DNA from: an uncultured bacterium
Lineage (GTDB): Bacteria > Spirochaetota > UBA4802 > UB4802
Reading direction: 5' to 3'
Assembly: GCA_937920495.1 (NCBI GenBank)
Contig: CALEUQ010000025.1
Coordinates: 2,174 to 66,173 of the forward strand
DNA: 64,000 nucleotides
Below the pieces are notes generated by a model that was given only the letters and a program-made list of their open reading frames with translations, did not search any database and was not told the DNA's origin. This document shows, in pieces, positions 38,273 to 48,698 of this stretch (the first letter of the stretch is position 1; every line of letters starts with the position of its first letter). Both the position numbers and the translations under genes were made by a program.

Positions 38273-41224
38273 CTATTGTGGCATGGTGTTCTTATCTTTA
38301 TCTTTAATTTCATTTTCTTTGAGCCGCACATCATAGGCTGACTGGTTAATGGGTAACGGAAAGCTTTCGCCTTTTTCTTCTTCCAGCTGATTTGTACGTG
38401 GATCAGCGTTCTGGTTCACAGGCACTTGTTTGGTGCCAGAAAAGCGCTCCAGGCTTGATTGTATGGATGGGTCGTTGGGGTCAAGCAGTTTTGCTTTTTC
38501 GTAGTACCTTTTTGCTTCTTCAGTATTTTTCAATGATTCATAACACAGGCCAATATTGAAAAATAACGATGCGGTTGCCATATTCATCTGGTGGGCTGAA
38601 AGCAAATAGTTCAACGCTTCAGCGTATTTACCCTGTGAAACCAACAGTATCCCTAACTGGTAGAGTACTTCCGGGTTATTGGGATTCATTCTCATTGCAT
38701 TGTTTAAGTATTTAAATGCATTGTCCATGTTCTGAATTGTGGCGCTTATAATGCCAATACGGTAATTGGCAGTAAAATTATTGGGATTTACTGCAAGCAA
38801 TGAAGAATATAATGAAATGGCTTTATCCCACTGCTTGTCCCTTTCATACGTAAGTGCAATATTTTCATACAGTTTTTCTTTGTATGTAATGAGGTTGATT
38901 ATATATTGCCGCAATGGAGGTGTATATTCGGCAGCACGCCGTAGTTCCATCAGTGACTGCATCTCACGTTCATATTGTTCCTGCAATCCGTAATATTCTG
39001 ACTGCTTTAACAGCTGATTAATCCGTTTTGCATAGAACATGCGCAGTTGTAACGTGTGTGCCCAATATGCAGTATTATCGGCTATCCCTGTGACGGCGTC
39101 ATTGGTATTTATAACAGTATCAATATAACTGTTAGGGTATACTGTTGCAGCAGGTGTTTCAAAATGAAGCAAGACGGTAGTGTCTTTCCCATCATGAGGA
39201 AAAGCAGTCAGTATAGATGGAGAGAGTATATAGGATAATGCATGTTCGGAATTGATGAAAAGATTTGAAACTTCTGTTGTTTGAATGAGATTGTCCAGAT
39301 TTTGTATTTGGGGCTGACTAATAGTAAAACCGCTTTTATCGGTTGCTCCAATAATCATAATGTTGCCGTATATGGCAACCAGTGAATGGGAAAAATGTTT
39401 CTGCAAGGCCCGTGCAAGGTTGTGTAAACTATGTGATGATGCATGGGTTATATCAATGATAATAAAATAATAATCATCAACATGCTTTTTAAGGCTGCCA
39501 ATATACGCATCAGTAAAACGGAATGAATACATGTAATGATCAAATATGTTTGGTATATCAATGATGGTACCTTTTTTGCCGGATAATCCACGCAGAATAT
39601 CGCTTTGTACCGTGGCATACTGCTCAACCCCTGTTATTGTTGGTTTTTGATAATCAACGATACGCTCAGGGATGTAATCGATGATAACAGGGGAAGGTAG
39701 TATGCTGTATAGGTTATTGGTAAAGAATTTATGATAGCCATCAATAATGATGGTGTGTCCTGAACCTGTAAAAATGCTTGCCAGCACAGTTGAGCGTTTC
39801 ATATCGCGGGCAAAATGGTCGGTTAGCACACACGCAGGAATTCCCTGGATATAGGCAGTTGCAGGTTGTGTGATATATGGTGCATTAAAATTTGCCATTG
39901 CCACGGAGTCATATCCGCTGCAATAGCGTACCACCAGTGTATTTGAAAATGGTAACCTGAAATAAATATGGGTAATGATGAGAGCAGGAATAAAAAGCAA
40001 ACTTACCACAAAATAGAGTACTGCTGGTATGGAACGCCTGGTATTCTGCAAAAGGTACATGCCAGGGAAGATAATAGTGACAATAGACATCAGGTAAATA
40101 AGTATAAAAAACCACAGGTACGTTAATTCTATCCATAAAAATGCAATAAGTAGTGGGATGGGTATAATGAAGAACGAAAAAAGCAATATCGTATATCGTG
40201 ACTGGTGATTATTTTTACGGACAATCTGTTGTAAGGACGTACCAAATGTCAGTCCTGCAAAAATACTGAAAGGCAGAGCATTGAGTATGGTAATATAGTA
40301 GGGAATATCATTACTGTGGCTTACAATAATAAAGCCTAAGAAAAGAAATGGGTACAGCATCTCGCCATAAATAAAAACAGTAGTGTATTTTTTTATATAT
40401 TTTGCGGCGATAGTTCCCGCAAAAAAGCCTGCGGCGATAGCTATCACTGAGTAAAGAATACCATACAGGTACAGCCCATATCGTGCAACGATACTCAGCA
40501 GTATGAGAATGATGAATATGCTTATAAATGACACATTGCAGTATGTAAACAGAATATCGTCGCGTGAAGTAACTGTACTTTCCTGTGCACTACCACGAGA
40601 AATGATTGTGGGTGGGCAAAAGGGAAGTGAGAGTAGTATGGTGAATACACAGGATAGGAAGGGTACAGGGGCATATACAACAAGATACTGTGGGTTATAA
40701 AATATAAAAAACGCACACGCTAAAGATATAATAAATGACATCAGTGCAACACATATCGCCAGTAGTGCAGGGTTTTTATTATCAATATAATCGCCGATGG
40801 TGGTTTTAAGATAATAAGGAGCTTTTATGCCTGTAACAAAATACATAACAACTATCGCCGCATAGATAAGCCAGTAGTAATGTTGAAGGATGATGCTATA
40901 TACGGTGAGGATATCATGGTACACAAAGGCACCTGCCACAGGAACTATCGCCACAAAAAAGACAAGTATTTCCTGTACAATAAAAATAATCCTGTGGTTT
41001 TGTATTTTTGTTAAAATACTGTTGCCGGCGATACTACCAGCAAGAAAACTTGCCAATGCAAAGGTAAGGATGTATTTCCATACGGGCGAATACAGTGTCA
41101 GTGAGCTTAAATAAAGGATACTGATAACAGTGAATACCACCAGCGTGGCAATTGAGAAAAACACAGAAAGTAATACAAGCCGCCGCTGAGTTATACTTGA
41201 GTAATTGAATTCTTTTATGTTCAT
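38273..41224 (-). CDS. 983-aa polytopic membrane protein with central soluble domain and C-terminal TPR repeats
   Basis: There are at least 12 hydrophobic helices in the first ~420 aa and TPR-like repeats at ~770-930 (AISLYSSLLAVNPNN..., AFKYLNNAMRMNPNN...). A spermidine-synthase-like central domain is possible but not verified. Confidence 0.55.
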   Translation of the reverse strand: MNIKEFNYSSITQRRLVLLSVFFSIATLVVFTVISILYLSSLTLYSPVWKYILTFALASFLAGSIAGNSILTKIQNHRIIFIVQEILVFFVAIVPVAGAFVYHDILTVYSIILQHYYWLIYAAIVVMYFVTGIKAPYYLKTTIGDYIDNKNPALLAICVALMSFIISLACAFFIFYNPQYLVVYAPVPFLSCVFTILLSLPFCPPTIISRGSAQESTVTSRDDILFTYCNVSFISIFIILILLSIVARYGLYLYGILYSVIAIAAGFFAGTIAAKYIKKYTTVFIYGEMLYPFLFLGFIIVSHSNDIPYYITILNALPFSIFAGLTFGTSLQQIVRKNNHQSRYTILLFSFFIIPIPLLIAFLWIELTYLWFFILIYLMSIVTIIFPGMYLLQNTRRSIPAVLYFVVSLLFIPALIITHIYFRLPFSNTLVVRYCSGYDSVAMANFNAPYITQPATAYIQGIPACVLTDHFARDMKRSTVLASIFTGSGHTIIIDGYHKFFTNNLYSILPSPVIIDYIPERIVDYQKPTITGVEQYATVQSDILRGLSGKKGTIIDIPNIFDHYMYSFRFTDAYIGSLKKHVDDYYFIIIDITHASSHSLHNLARALQKHFSHSLVAIYGNIMIIGATDKSGFTISQPQIQNLDNLIQTTEVSNLFINSEHALSYILSPSILTAFPHDGKDTTVLLHFETPAATVYPNSYIDTVINTNDAVTGIADNTAYWAHTLQLRMFYAKRINQLLKQSEYYGLQEQYEREMQSLMELRRAAEYTPPLRQYIINLITYKEKLYENIALTYERDKQWDKAISLYSSLLAVNPNNFTANYRIGIISATIQNMDNAFKYLNNAMRMNPNNPEVLYQLGILLVSQGKYAEALNYLLSAHQMNMATASLFFNIGLCYESLKNTEEAKRYYEKAKLLDPNDPSIQSSLERFSGTKQVPVNQNADPRTNQLEEEKGESFPLPINQSAYDVRLKENEIKDKDKNTMPQ

Positions 41225-41542
41225 TGTTTGGTAATGTCCCCTTGCATTACTTATATTCCCTTTATGGGTTGAAGTATTGCCATTTTTTTATTTATGGTAA
41301 TATAATAACATTGCTATCGTATAACCAGGGTCATATACAACTATTGATATGGCAATACAATAATCATTTTTATGACGTAGTACACGTTATCGATAAAAAT
41401 GACAAGAATTTTTCAATACCAAATAATTATTAAGATTTTTTCACAATTTTACCGTAAATTATATATAGAAGATTATGGACTTTTTTTGTTGCAGTAATTT
41501 ATCAATTTTATTATATATGCAATAGAAATAAGTGGAGCGTTT

Positions 41543-41863
41543 ATGCACTCAAACAATGCTTTTGAATATATACCTGAAGACAATCTTGTTGTATTATTTG
41601 TATTAATGGTATGTACAGCAGGATTGTACTATTTCTGGTGGATTGCACGAGTAAGCCGCATTTTTTATGATAATCCCGTTACCAACATACTGCTTACCAT
41701 TCTTACCGCCGGGTTGTGGCTCATTTATCTTACCATTAAATATATGCAGAAATCTGAAATGCTCAATGGCAGGCAGATGCCGTGGTATATGATTTTATTT
41801 TTACCTATAGGCTTTTTGATTATTCAGCATAATATTAATGAGCGGTATTTCACCAGTCAATAA
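41543..41863 (+). CDS. small 3-TM membrane protein
   Basis: A 106-aa hydrophobic ORF, 17 nt upstream of the next gene on the same strand. Confidence 0.4.
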   Translation: MHSNNAFEYIPEDNLVVLFVLMVCTAGLYYFWWIARVSRIFYDNPVTNILLTILTAGLWLIYLTIKYMQKSEMLNGRQMPWYMILFLPIGFLIIQHNINERYFTSQ

Positions 41864-41880
41864 ATCATCAGGAGCCATTC

Positions 41881-43584
41881 ATGATTGTACGATGCACCGA
41901 ATGTAATGCAGCCTTTCAGGTTGATGATGAAAAGGTAGTAAACAAGCGTTTTGCATTTACCTGCCCCAAATGCAAGGCTCATGTAATTATTGATAATCGC
42001 ATTGATAAAGCACAGGAAAGAAGTATTGATGAAATGCGTGCGGCATCCCCAATAGAAGAAAAGCCTGAAAAACATGCACTCGCAGCCGATGAATTTGATA
42101 CCATGCTGCAGGAAGAACCATTTGAGAAAGAATATGCTGAAAAAGATATTATAAAAACTGATGAAGATTTACTTGCAGATATTGAATCATATACTGAGCC
42201 TGAGGTAAAAAAAGGAAAAATCAAAGATGAGTTTGAACCCATTGAGAGCGAAACAATCGATCTTTCTGATTTCTCCAGTGAAGAATTAAAAAGTGCTACC
42301 CAAGAGATAACCCTTCCTGAAGAACCTTTTGAAAAGGATATAATGCTTGATGAAGCCATTAAGACTGATGAGATTTTTTCAAAAGAAAAGGATGTTGATG
42401 AAAGCATCACTATAGATTTAGATACACTTGATATACCACTGGATGAATCCACCGCAATTGAAGAAGCAGAGATGCCGGTAGAGTCATCAGTACTTGAAAA
42501 GGAAGAACTGCCAGTAGAAGACATTAACTTTGATGATATATTGGTTGCTGACGAAGAAATTCCACAAAAACCAAGAGCAAAAAAGGCACCAAAAGAAGAA
42601 CCAATAGATGACATTACCCTGGATCTGGATTCACTTGATATTCAATTAGAAGAGCATGAAGAAGTATTGCCAGGCGAGCAGATAATTGAAGAAGATGAAA
42701 AGCTGACACTGGAAGATGCAGGAATAACTATTGACGAACTTATACAGGAAGAAAAGAAACAAATGCTTGAAGAGGAGGAAGACTTAAAGCTTTCCCTGGA
42801 TGAGATTGAGCCGGGCCTCACCGTTGATGATCTGCATAAAGAGCTTACAGAATCAGAGATAGAAAACCTGATGACAAAAGAAATTGAATTACCCGAAGTG
42901 GATTTAGAGAAATTTGAAGAAGCTGAAGCTACCAACTACACACCTGAAGAATTTGAATATGCTGAAAAAGAAAGCTATGATTCAATCCCGGCAGGTTTTG
43001 TCAATTTAACCATTGATTATGCATTGTCATATTCGCGGCCTGGTGCGGTTGCAAGGCTTTTAGGATTGTATGTAGTAACATTAATTCCTCATGTTATTGT
43101 AAGTACTGTCTATGGCATAGTATCTTCTATTGTTGGATTTTTTAACTGGTGTGTTGTGTTATTCACCGGCCAGTTCATTGATGATTATGCAGATATGCAG
43201 CAGAACACACTTAGATATTATATTTCAATTTTTGCATCTGCAGCACAGATAACAGAAGACAGGCCAGTATACGCAGGCAGACCAAAAGTTGAGCACAGCC
43301 TGCAGCTTGATATAGTGTACCCTTCTGAACCATCACGTCTGCTTGCCTTGTTACGAATCACCATTATTGGAATTTCAATAGCAGCTTTACCGCATATTTT
43401 ATTATTGACTGTCCTGACGCTTGGCATGGTACTACTTATTCCAGTGGGACTTATCTGTATTATTGCTACAAAGCGCTGGCCTTCACTTTTGTTTGATTTT
43501 ATGTACAGGTATCTGCGATACTACTCACGTGTAAAAGCCTATATCATGGGCCTTGTAGATAAATACCCTTCATTTATTTTTTGA
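41881..43584 (+). CDS. zinc-ribbon (MJ0042-like CxxC...CxxC) protein with long acidic repeat region and C-terminal 4-TM membrane domain
   Basis: It has CTECNAAF...CPKCKAHV at the N-terminus. The middle is D/E-rich with internal repeats (ITIDLDTLDIPLDE / ITLDLDSLDIQLEE). The C-terminus is hydrophobic. Confidence 0.5.
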   Translation: MIVRCTECNAAFQVDDEKVVNKRFAFTCPKCKAHVIIDNRIDKAQERSIDEMRAASPIEEKPEKHALAADEFDTMLQEEPFEKEYAEKDIIKTDEDLLADIESYTEPEVKKGKIKDEFEPIESETIDLSDFSSEELKSATQEITLPEEPFEKDIMLDEAIKTDEIFSKEKDVDESITIDLDTLDIPLDESTAIEEAEMPVESSVLEKEELPVEDINFDDILVADEEIPQKPRAKKAPKEEPIDDITLDLDSLDIQLEEHEEVLPGEQIIEEDEKLTLEDAGITIDELIQEEKKQMLEEEEDLKLSLDEIEPGLTVDDLHKELTESEIENLMTKEIELPEVDLEKFEEAEATNYTPEEFEYAEKESYDSIPAGFVNLTIDYALSYSRPGAVARLLGLYVVTLIPHVIVSTVYGIVSSIVGFFNWCVVLFTGQFIDDYADMQQNTLRYYISIFASAAQITEDRPVYAGRPKVEHSLQLDIVYPSEPSRLLALLRITIIGISIAALPHILLLTVLTLGMVLLIPVGLICIIATKRWPSLLFDFMYRYLRYYSRVKAYIMGLVDKYPSFIF

Positions 43585-43641
43585 TAGACAATCCGCATAA
43601 TATTTTTTACAGTGCCGCCATACATACACATGTAGCATTCT

Positions 43642-45606
43642 ATGGACATTCATTCTATCATACAAACTGTGTTTGCAAGCGGCAAGCTGTCTTCCTATAT
43701 TCGCGATTTTGAGTATCGTGAAATTCAGGAGCAGATGGCACACGCTATTACCCAATCATGGTATGACCTAAGACACATTGTCATTGAGGCAGGAACCGGT
43801 ACAGGTAAAACCATAGGTTATCTTCTTCCTGCAAGCCTTTTTGCGCTGTATGAAGATGTTAAGGTGGCGATAGTTACCGAAACAAAAGCCCTGCAGCAGC
43901 AATTAATCCATAAAGATTTACCAGTGGTTGCGTCTTTATTACACGAACTAACCGATAGTTCCCTTAAGTATGCCCTGTGTCTTGGAAGTAATAACTATCC
44001 CTGTGTTAGAAGGTTACAGCATGCAATAGATACAGGCAGTTTTGACAAAAAATTTGCAGGTGATATGGATACATTGCATGCGCGTGTAAAGAAAGATTAC
44101 ACCATCACACGGTTTGATGTTACAGTACCTGATGCGCTGTGGAATACTATCTGCCGTGAAGGGCAATTATGCTCCATGAATAAATGCAGGTATCGCAACA
44201 AATGTTCTTACATGGAAGCGCGTAAACAATGGCAACAGGCACATATTCTTGTTATGAATCATTATCTCTTTTTTTCAAATATTGCTGCCTCAAAATCGCT
44301 GGTGCCTGATTGTAGCGTGGTGGTATTTGATGAAGCACATTCGCTGGAAAGGATAGCGTCAGCCCAGTTAGGCTTTTCAATAAATAACCAGGCTCTTAAA
44401 GAAACGCTTGAACACATGATACAAAGAAAAAAAGGACCTTCACTTATTGAACAGTGGCTCCATCACAGTCTTTATCAGGATGCCATTGAAGTAATTGATA
44501 ATGCACTCCGCCAAAATCAGCAATGCAGATCTATTCTTACCAATGTGATGAAGGAACTGCAGACGTTCAGGCTGCGCAACCCCTTACAAGAATGCCTGCC
44601 ATTACTGAAAGCCCTTGAGGAAGTCATTGCAGTACTAGAAAAAGTTGAAGCCGAAAAACTTGATGAAGATAACAGGTTGGAATACGAATACCTGAAAAGC
44701 GTTTTACTACATACATGTAATGATCTTGGTATGGTTGTGTTTATGGATGATGACAGTTATGTATACTGGCTTGAAAAAGACAAAAATGATCACGGCATAG
44801 TGCTTATTTGTGGTCAGCCACTGGATGTTGCGTCTATTATACACAAAGAGGTGGTTGAATATTATGACCATTTAGCATTTGTTTCAGCAACGTTGAGTGT
44901 TAACAATACTTTTGAATATTTTATTCAGAGCATTGGTCTTTCAAATGTGGATTCAATCATGCTGCCATCACCATTTGATTTTGCCAGTCAATCGGTTTTA
45001 TTCATTGATAAAGACAACGTTGACCCCAATGAAGAAGCCTTTATACATGCCGCAGCTGAAAAGATAAAGGAAATCATCACGATGACCAAAGGAAGGTGTC
45101 TTGTCCTTTTTACTTCGTATGCAATGCTTGTAAAAATATATGAAAAGCTTTGTGATACAATGCCATATACCATATTTTCTCAGCACAATATGAATGCAGC
45201 AACAGCATTGCAGGAATATATTGCGTGTGATAATGCGGTGCTGTTTGGAACGCACTCATTCTGGCAGGGCGTGGACCTTCCGGGGGATTTAGCCCGAGCA
45301 GTCATTATCATGAAGCTGCCGTTTGAGGCACCGGAAAATCCAGTAGTGCAGGCAAAGATAGAAAAAATACAGAAAGAGGGTGGTAACCCGTTTATGATGT
45401 ATCAAGTACCCAATGCAGTGCTTTTGTTAAAACAGGGCTTTGGAAGGCTCATCCGCAAGTCAACCGATAAAGGTATCATAGCAATCCTTGATTCGCGTAT
45501 TGTGAGTAAATCGTATGGCAGGATATTCTTGGGATCTCTTCCCAATTCAAAAAGAGTATACTCGCTGGAAGAACTGCACAATGCATATAAAGAGCTTTAC
45601 AGGTGA
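43642..45606 (+). CDS. dinG: DinG/Rad3-family Fe-S ATP-dependent DNA helicase
   Basis: It has a Walker A (EAGTGTGKT), a DEAH box (FDEAHSLE), and a 4-Cys cluster between them (C..NNYPC...C...C). Confidence 0.8.
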   Translation: MDIHSIIQTVFASGKLSSYIRDFEYREIQEQMAHAITQSWYDLRHIVIEAGTGTGKTIGYLLPASLFALYEDVKVAIVTETKALQQQLIHKDLPVVASLLHELTDSSLKYALCLGSNNYPCVRRLQHAIDTGSFDKKFAGDMDTLHARVKKDYTITRFDVTVPDALWNTICREGQLCSMNKCRYRNKCSYMEARKQWQQAHILVMNHYLFFSNIAASKSLVPDCSVVVFDEAHSLERIASAQLGFSINNQALKETLEHMIQRKKGPSLIEQWLHHSLYQDAIEVIDNALRQNQQCRSILTNVMKELQTFRLRNPLQECLPLLKALEEVIAVLEKVEAEKLDEDNRLEYEYLKSVLLHTCNDLGMVVFMDDDSYVYWLEKDKNDHGIVLICGQPLDVASIIHKEVVEYYDHLAFVSATLSVNNTFEYFIQSIGLSNVDSIMLPSPFDFASQSVLFIDKDNVDPNEEAFIHAAAEKIKEIITMTKGRCLVLFTSYAMLVKIYEKLCDTMPYTIFSQHNMNAATALQEYIACDNAVLFGTHSFWQGVDLPGDLARAVIIMKLPFEAPENPVVQAKIEKIQKEGGNPFMMYQVPNAVLLLKQGFGRLIRKSTDKGIIAILDSRIVSKSYGRIFLGSLPNSKRVYSLEELHNAYKELYR

Positions 45607-45678
45607 AGGTATGCGTTGTTATCTTTAATGCAGTAATCTCATTACCATCCGGGGGTATGGTAAATCGCATGTCGCTGA

Positions 45679-45945
45679 TTGCAGCAGAATTACTATCAAA
45701 TGAGGCCATATCCGAAAGCATTTGTAGAAGAAAACAAACCAAGAGTGGTTGGAGCGCTTGTATTTGCAACAGGAGGTTTGCTGGCATATCAAGGTGGGGC
45801 TATATGCATTTCAAACCCGCTGTTATGTGCAGAAGGGGCACCTCTTGCCTTTTTTTCAGCTTCATGTGTAATGCATTCGGGCTTACACATGATGAAGAAA
45901 AATGAATATTATATTGGATGTTCATTTAAGAATAAAATAGATTGA
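45679..45945 (+). CDS. small two-TM membrane protein (hypothetical)
   Basis: An 88-aa ORF with two hydrophobic segments. A competing overlapping ORF at 45603..45905 also exists, and neither has a strong RBS. Confidence 0.25.
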   Translation: MQQNYYQMRPYPKAFVEENKPRVVGALVFATGGLLAYQGGAICISNPLLCAEGAPLAFFSASCVMHSGLHMMKKNEYYIGCSFKNKID

Positions 45946-46075
45946 TACGATTGGTGGATTTCAATAACTGTTACATAGCAGATTATTTGTTGAACGTTTA
46001 AATACATGTTTATCAATGTTATTGTATTATTAAAAACGTAAAAAATTATTACTCAACAAAGGAGGGTGGTTTGTT

Positions 46076-46711
46076 ATGAAAAAGTATCGCATATATTGTG
46101 CTGTGTATTGTATGTATCTCTTTCTTTCTACAAATACGTTTGCGTTATCACAGGATGATACGATGCATGGAATTAAAAAAAATGTATTATTTTCGCCAAT
46201 TTCATATAACAGATTTCTTGGGACAACAGTTAATGATAATGAGTATAATATTAAAGAACAATTGAAAGAACCCCCAATTAAACGCATAGGTATTGAAGTG
46301 ACAGGAAACTATATAGGTTTTGTGTTATATTTTACTCATAATCGTGTGCTTACTGATATTGATCCTTGTGGAGAGCTTTATTTTGAAAAAGAAAAAATAT
46401 CAATTTCCTCATATATATTTGGTATTACTTTTCAACATCCAATTGCTTTTATTTCTAATGATTTGTTATTTAAATTTAACATAGGTTTTTCTTCAATTAG
46501 TTTATGGGGAAATGGTTTGGAAGAAAAAAAAGGTAATTTAGGTCTGTATTTTGATGCAGGAATAAGGTATATATTTTCTTCTAATTCAAATTATAATCTT
46601 AATTTGGGAGTGGATTTTTCACATTCTGAAAGCTTTAGTAATTATAACGAAAATTGTTATGATTTAATTGGCATTAATGGTATCTATCCATATATAGGGA
46701 TAATGTGGTAA
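46076..46711 (+). CDS. outer-membrane beta-barrel protein (OmpA-like/OmpW-like barrel)
   Basis: It has an excellent RBS (AAAGGAGG) and a signal peptide. It has amphipathic strands and ends with the aromatic ...YIGIMW typical of barrels. Confidence 0.45.
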   Translation: MKKYRIYCAVYCMYLFLSTNTFALSQDDTMHGIKKNVLFSPISYNRFLGTTVNDNEYNIKEQLKEPPIKRIGIEVTGNYIGFVLYFTHNRVLTDIDPCGELYFEKEKISISSYIFGITFQHPIAFISNDLLFKFNIGFSSISLWGNGLEEKKGNLGLYFDAGIRYIFSSNSNYNLNLGVDFSHSESFSNYNENCYDLIGINGIYPYIGIMW

Positions 46712-46828
46712 AAGATTTTAATGGATTGTATAATTAAATGATTTATGAAATAAAAGCATATAATTTAAATATACATCACAAATGTCAGAGTAAGATTACA
46801 CATATTATTTTTCTATTTGTTTTGATAT

Positions 46829-46951
46829 CACGATTTATTCCTTAAATAAAAATTGTGAACATATAATAAACATATTATACACCCCAGCCGTCGAAGGCGG
46901 CGTGGGTGTACACCGTTTTATTCACAAAATATTTTTAAGTAATTATTAGTG
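46829..46951 (+). repeat. repeat family A, copy 2
   Basis: It reads cacgatttattccttaaataaaaattgtgaacata...hairpin acaccccagccgtcgaaggcggcgtgggtgt...ttttattcacaaaatatttttaagtaattattagtg. It is near-identical to copy 1 with compensatory changes in the stem. Confidence 0.8.
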
Positions 46952-47045
46952 TTTTGATATTATATTCTTTTTTTCTAATTAAAAAAATGTCTGGGGTTCT
47001 TCATCTTCAAATTCAAATAACCTGTATATTACAACAGAAGCTGGT

Positions 47046-47372
47046 ATGGGCTTTACTCAGGGTGCAATTGGTGAATATGTATATGACAATAATAGAACAT
47101 TGAGTAGACTAAACTGGAATCTTACATCTTTATGGTATAATACTGAGGACATAGATAACCATGTGCATCGCAATCCAGGTAATGATATAGATTTTTATGG
47201 TGACTACAACGGAATTATTTATTTTAATGCGCATGCAGGATGTACTGTGTCATTACATGAAGCACTGAAGGTTGCGTTTACTTTACAATATGAATATGTA
47301 CCTGAACAGAAAGGTGATACGTATTACATCAATACTTCAACAGGGATAAAATCTCAAGTTTTTAAAAATTAA
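47046..47372 (+). pseudogene. probable remnant/C-terminal fragment of an outer-membrane protein gene
   Basis: The open frame extends upstream of the listed Met to 46983 without a start (..KNVWGSSSSNSNNLYITTEAGMGF..). It sits between the repeat A copy and the repeat B copy, has no RBS, and its composition resembles the 46076 barrel protein. Confidence 0.3.
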
Positions 47373-47460
47373 GCAGGAATAAGATATTCAGTATATTCAT
47401 TGCAATTTTCATTACTATATACGTTGACACTATTATAAAGTCCAGCATGACTTTCAGTGG

Positions 47461-47603
47461 AGTCATTCTGAGCTTGACTCTGGCAATGGTCATTCCGGGC
47501 CTGACCTGGAATCTTACATCCTGGATCGAGCCTGTCCCGACGCAAGTCGGGAACCTGTCCCGATGTAAGTCGGGATCATTCTGAACTTGAATCAGAATCT
47601 ACC
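47461..47603 (+). repeat. repeat family B copy 2: array of five hairpin units
   Basis: It contains gtcattctgagcttgac, gtcattccgggcctgacctggaatct, atcgagcctgtcccgacgcaagtcgggaa, cctgtcccgatgtaagtcgggat and cattctgaacttgaatcagaatct. Confidence 0.75.
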
Positions 47604-47606
47604 ATT

Positions 47607-48641
47607 TCAAAATGCTTTATCCACTTCTACTTTAATAAGATACGGCTGATAATCTAACGGATTAATATATATTATATACCATTGGCGCATAGAATGAAAT
47701 ATCGCCTTTGCGGAATAATACATCATAGCTGTACCACGCAATCTGGGTGGTGTATATAGAATTTCTTTTTTTGCCTGTGGCAGTGCTTCTATAGTTTTTG
47801 CCATACACATCACTATGGAGCCTGTAAAAAGCTGGCAATACACAATACAGAATGACTGCAGTCCTTCGTCATACGATAGCGAACATTCGCCAGCAACATC
47901 GCCATATAATCTATATGCGGAAACAAGCTTTTTATCCCAGTTACTATCGCCCTGCAAAAATTCATACTCATTTTGTTGTATTATATTTTCTTGATGCACC
48001 CGTGCAATAACAAGTGAACTTTTGTTTTTTTCACTGATGTGGCCCACAACATAGATATAGTCATTGTGCGCAAGTACTGATGCACCAAAAGCAGGAACGT
48101 TGCCTGTAAACATATTTTTTTTGCGTACAAAATCTATGCGCTGCCCCTTATGCCAGTAAGCGGGAATATTCCAGAATGCAATTGAACTTTCCTTCATTGT
48201 AAACGACAACGGTGTGGCAGCATCCTGTATAAAGACATGAGCATAGTACACATATACCGTGTTGCCAATGCGGATTCCATCAAATGCCCATACCCTGTCT
48301 TTTGATGGATTTTCCTCAGCTGTATTTTTTATGAATTGTGCTATCCTGCCATTTTCCATGTAGTATTCAAATTGCAATTGGGTTATATTGTGTACATCAA
48401 CCTTTTGAGTAAACGCAAGGCTGTTGGCAATCATCCCATCAGGGGTAATGGTATCGCCAAATGTCCATAAGGTATGATGCTCGTCAAAATCTATGGGCGT
48501 ACAGCCATCCTGCCCCTTTATATGCTGCATACGCAAAGGGGCAAACACGCCATACGTGCTAACAGGTATTCTGGTGCACTGAGTATACCATAACAAAATG
48601 AGCATACATGCCACAATACATGATGTATATTTTCTAACCAA
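47607..48641 (-). CDS. secreted protein of unknown function
   Basis: A 344-aa ORF with signal peptide (MVRKYTSCIVACMLILLWYTQC). No motif recognised. Confidence 0.4.
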   Translation of the reverse strand: MVRKYTSCIVACMLILLWYTQCTRIPVSTYGVFAPLRMQHIKGQDGCTPIDFDEHHTLWTFGDTITPDGMIANSLAFTQKVDVHNITQLQFEYYMENGRIAQFIKNTAEENPSKDRVWAFDGIRIGNTVYVYYAHVFIQDAATPLSFTMKESSIAFWNIPAYWHKGQRIDFVRKKNMFTGNVPAFGASVLAHNDYIYVVGHISEKNKSSLVIARVHQENIIQQNEYEFLQGDSNWDKKLVSAYRLYGDVAGECSLSYDEGLQSFCIVYCQLFTGSIVMCMAKTIEALPQAKKEILYTPPRLRGTAMMYYSAKAIFHSMRQWYIIYINPLDYQPYLIKVEVDKAF

Positions 48642-48698
48642 AATAAATCACCTCTTCAATTCTCCGCTTATAGTAGCAGTGCGCTGTATCATTACTTT

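Noticed and set aside
41979-42935. Ser-rich ORFs (211 aa and 97 aa) on the minus strand
   Set aside because: They are antisense shadows of the acidic D/E-rich region of the 41881..43584 gene, since GAA/GAT codons read as TTC/ATC on the other strand. They are low-complexity and overlapped completely.
45603-45905. 100-aa ORF overlapping the dinG stop
   Set aside because: It has Cys/Arg-rich odd composition and no RBS. It competes with the more plausible (but still weak) 88-aa membrane ORF at 45679..45945.
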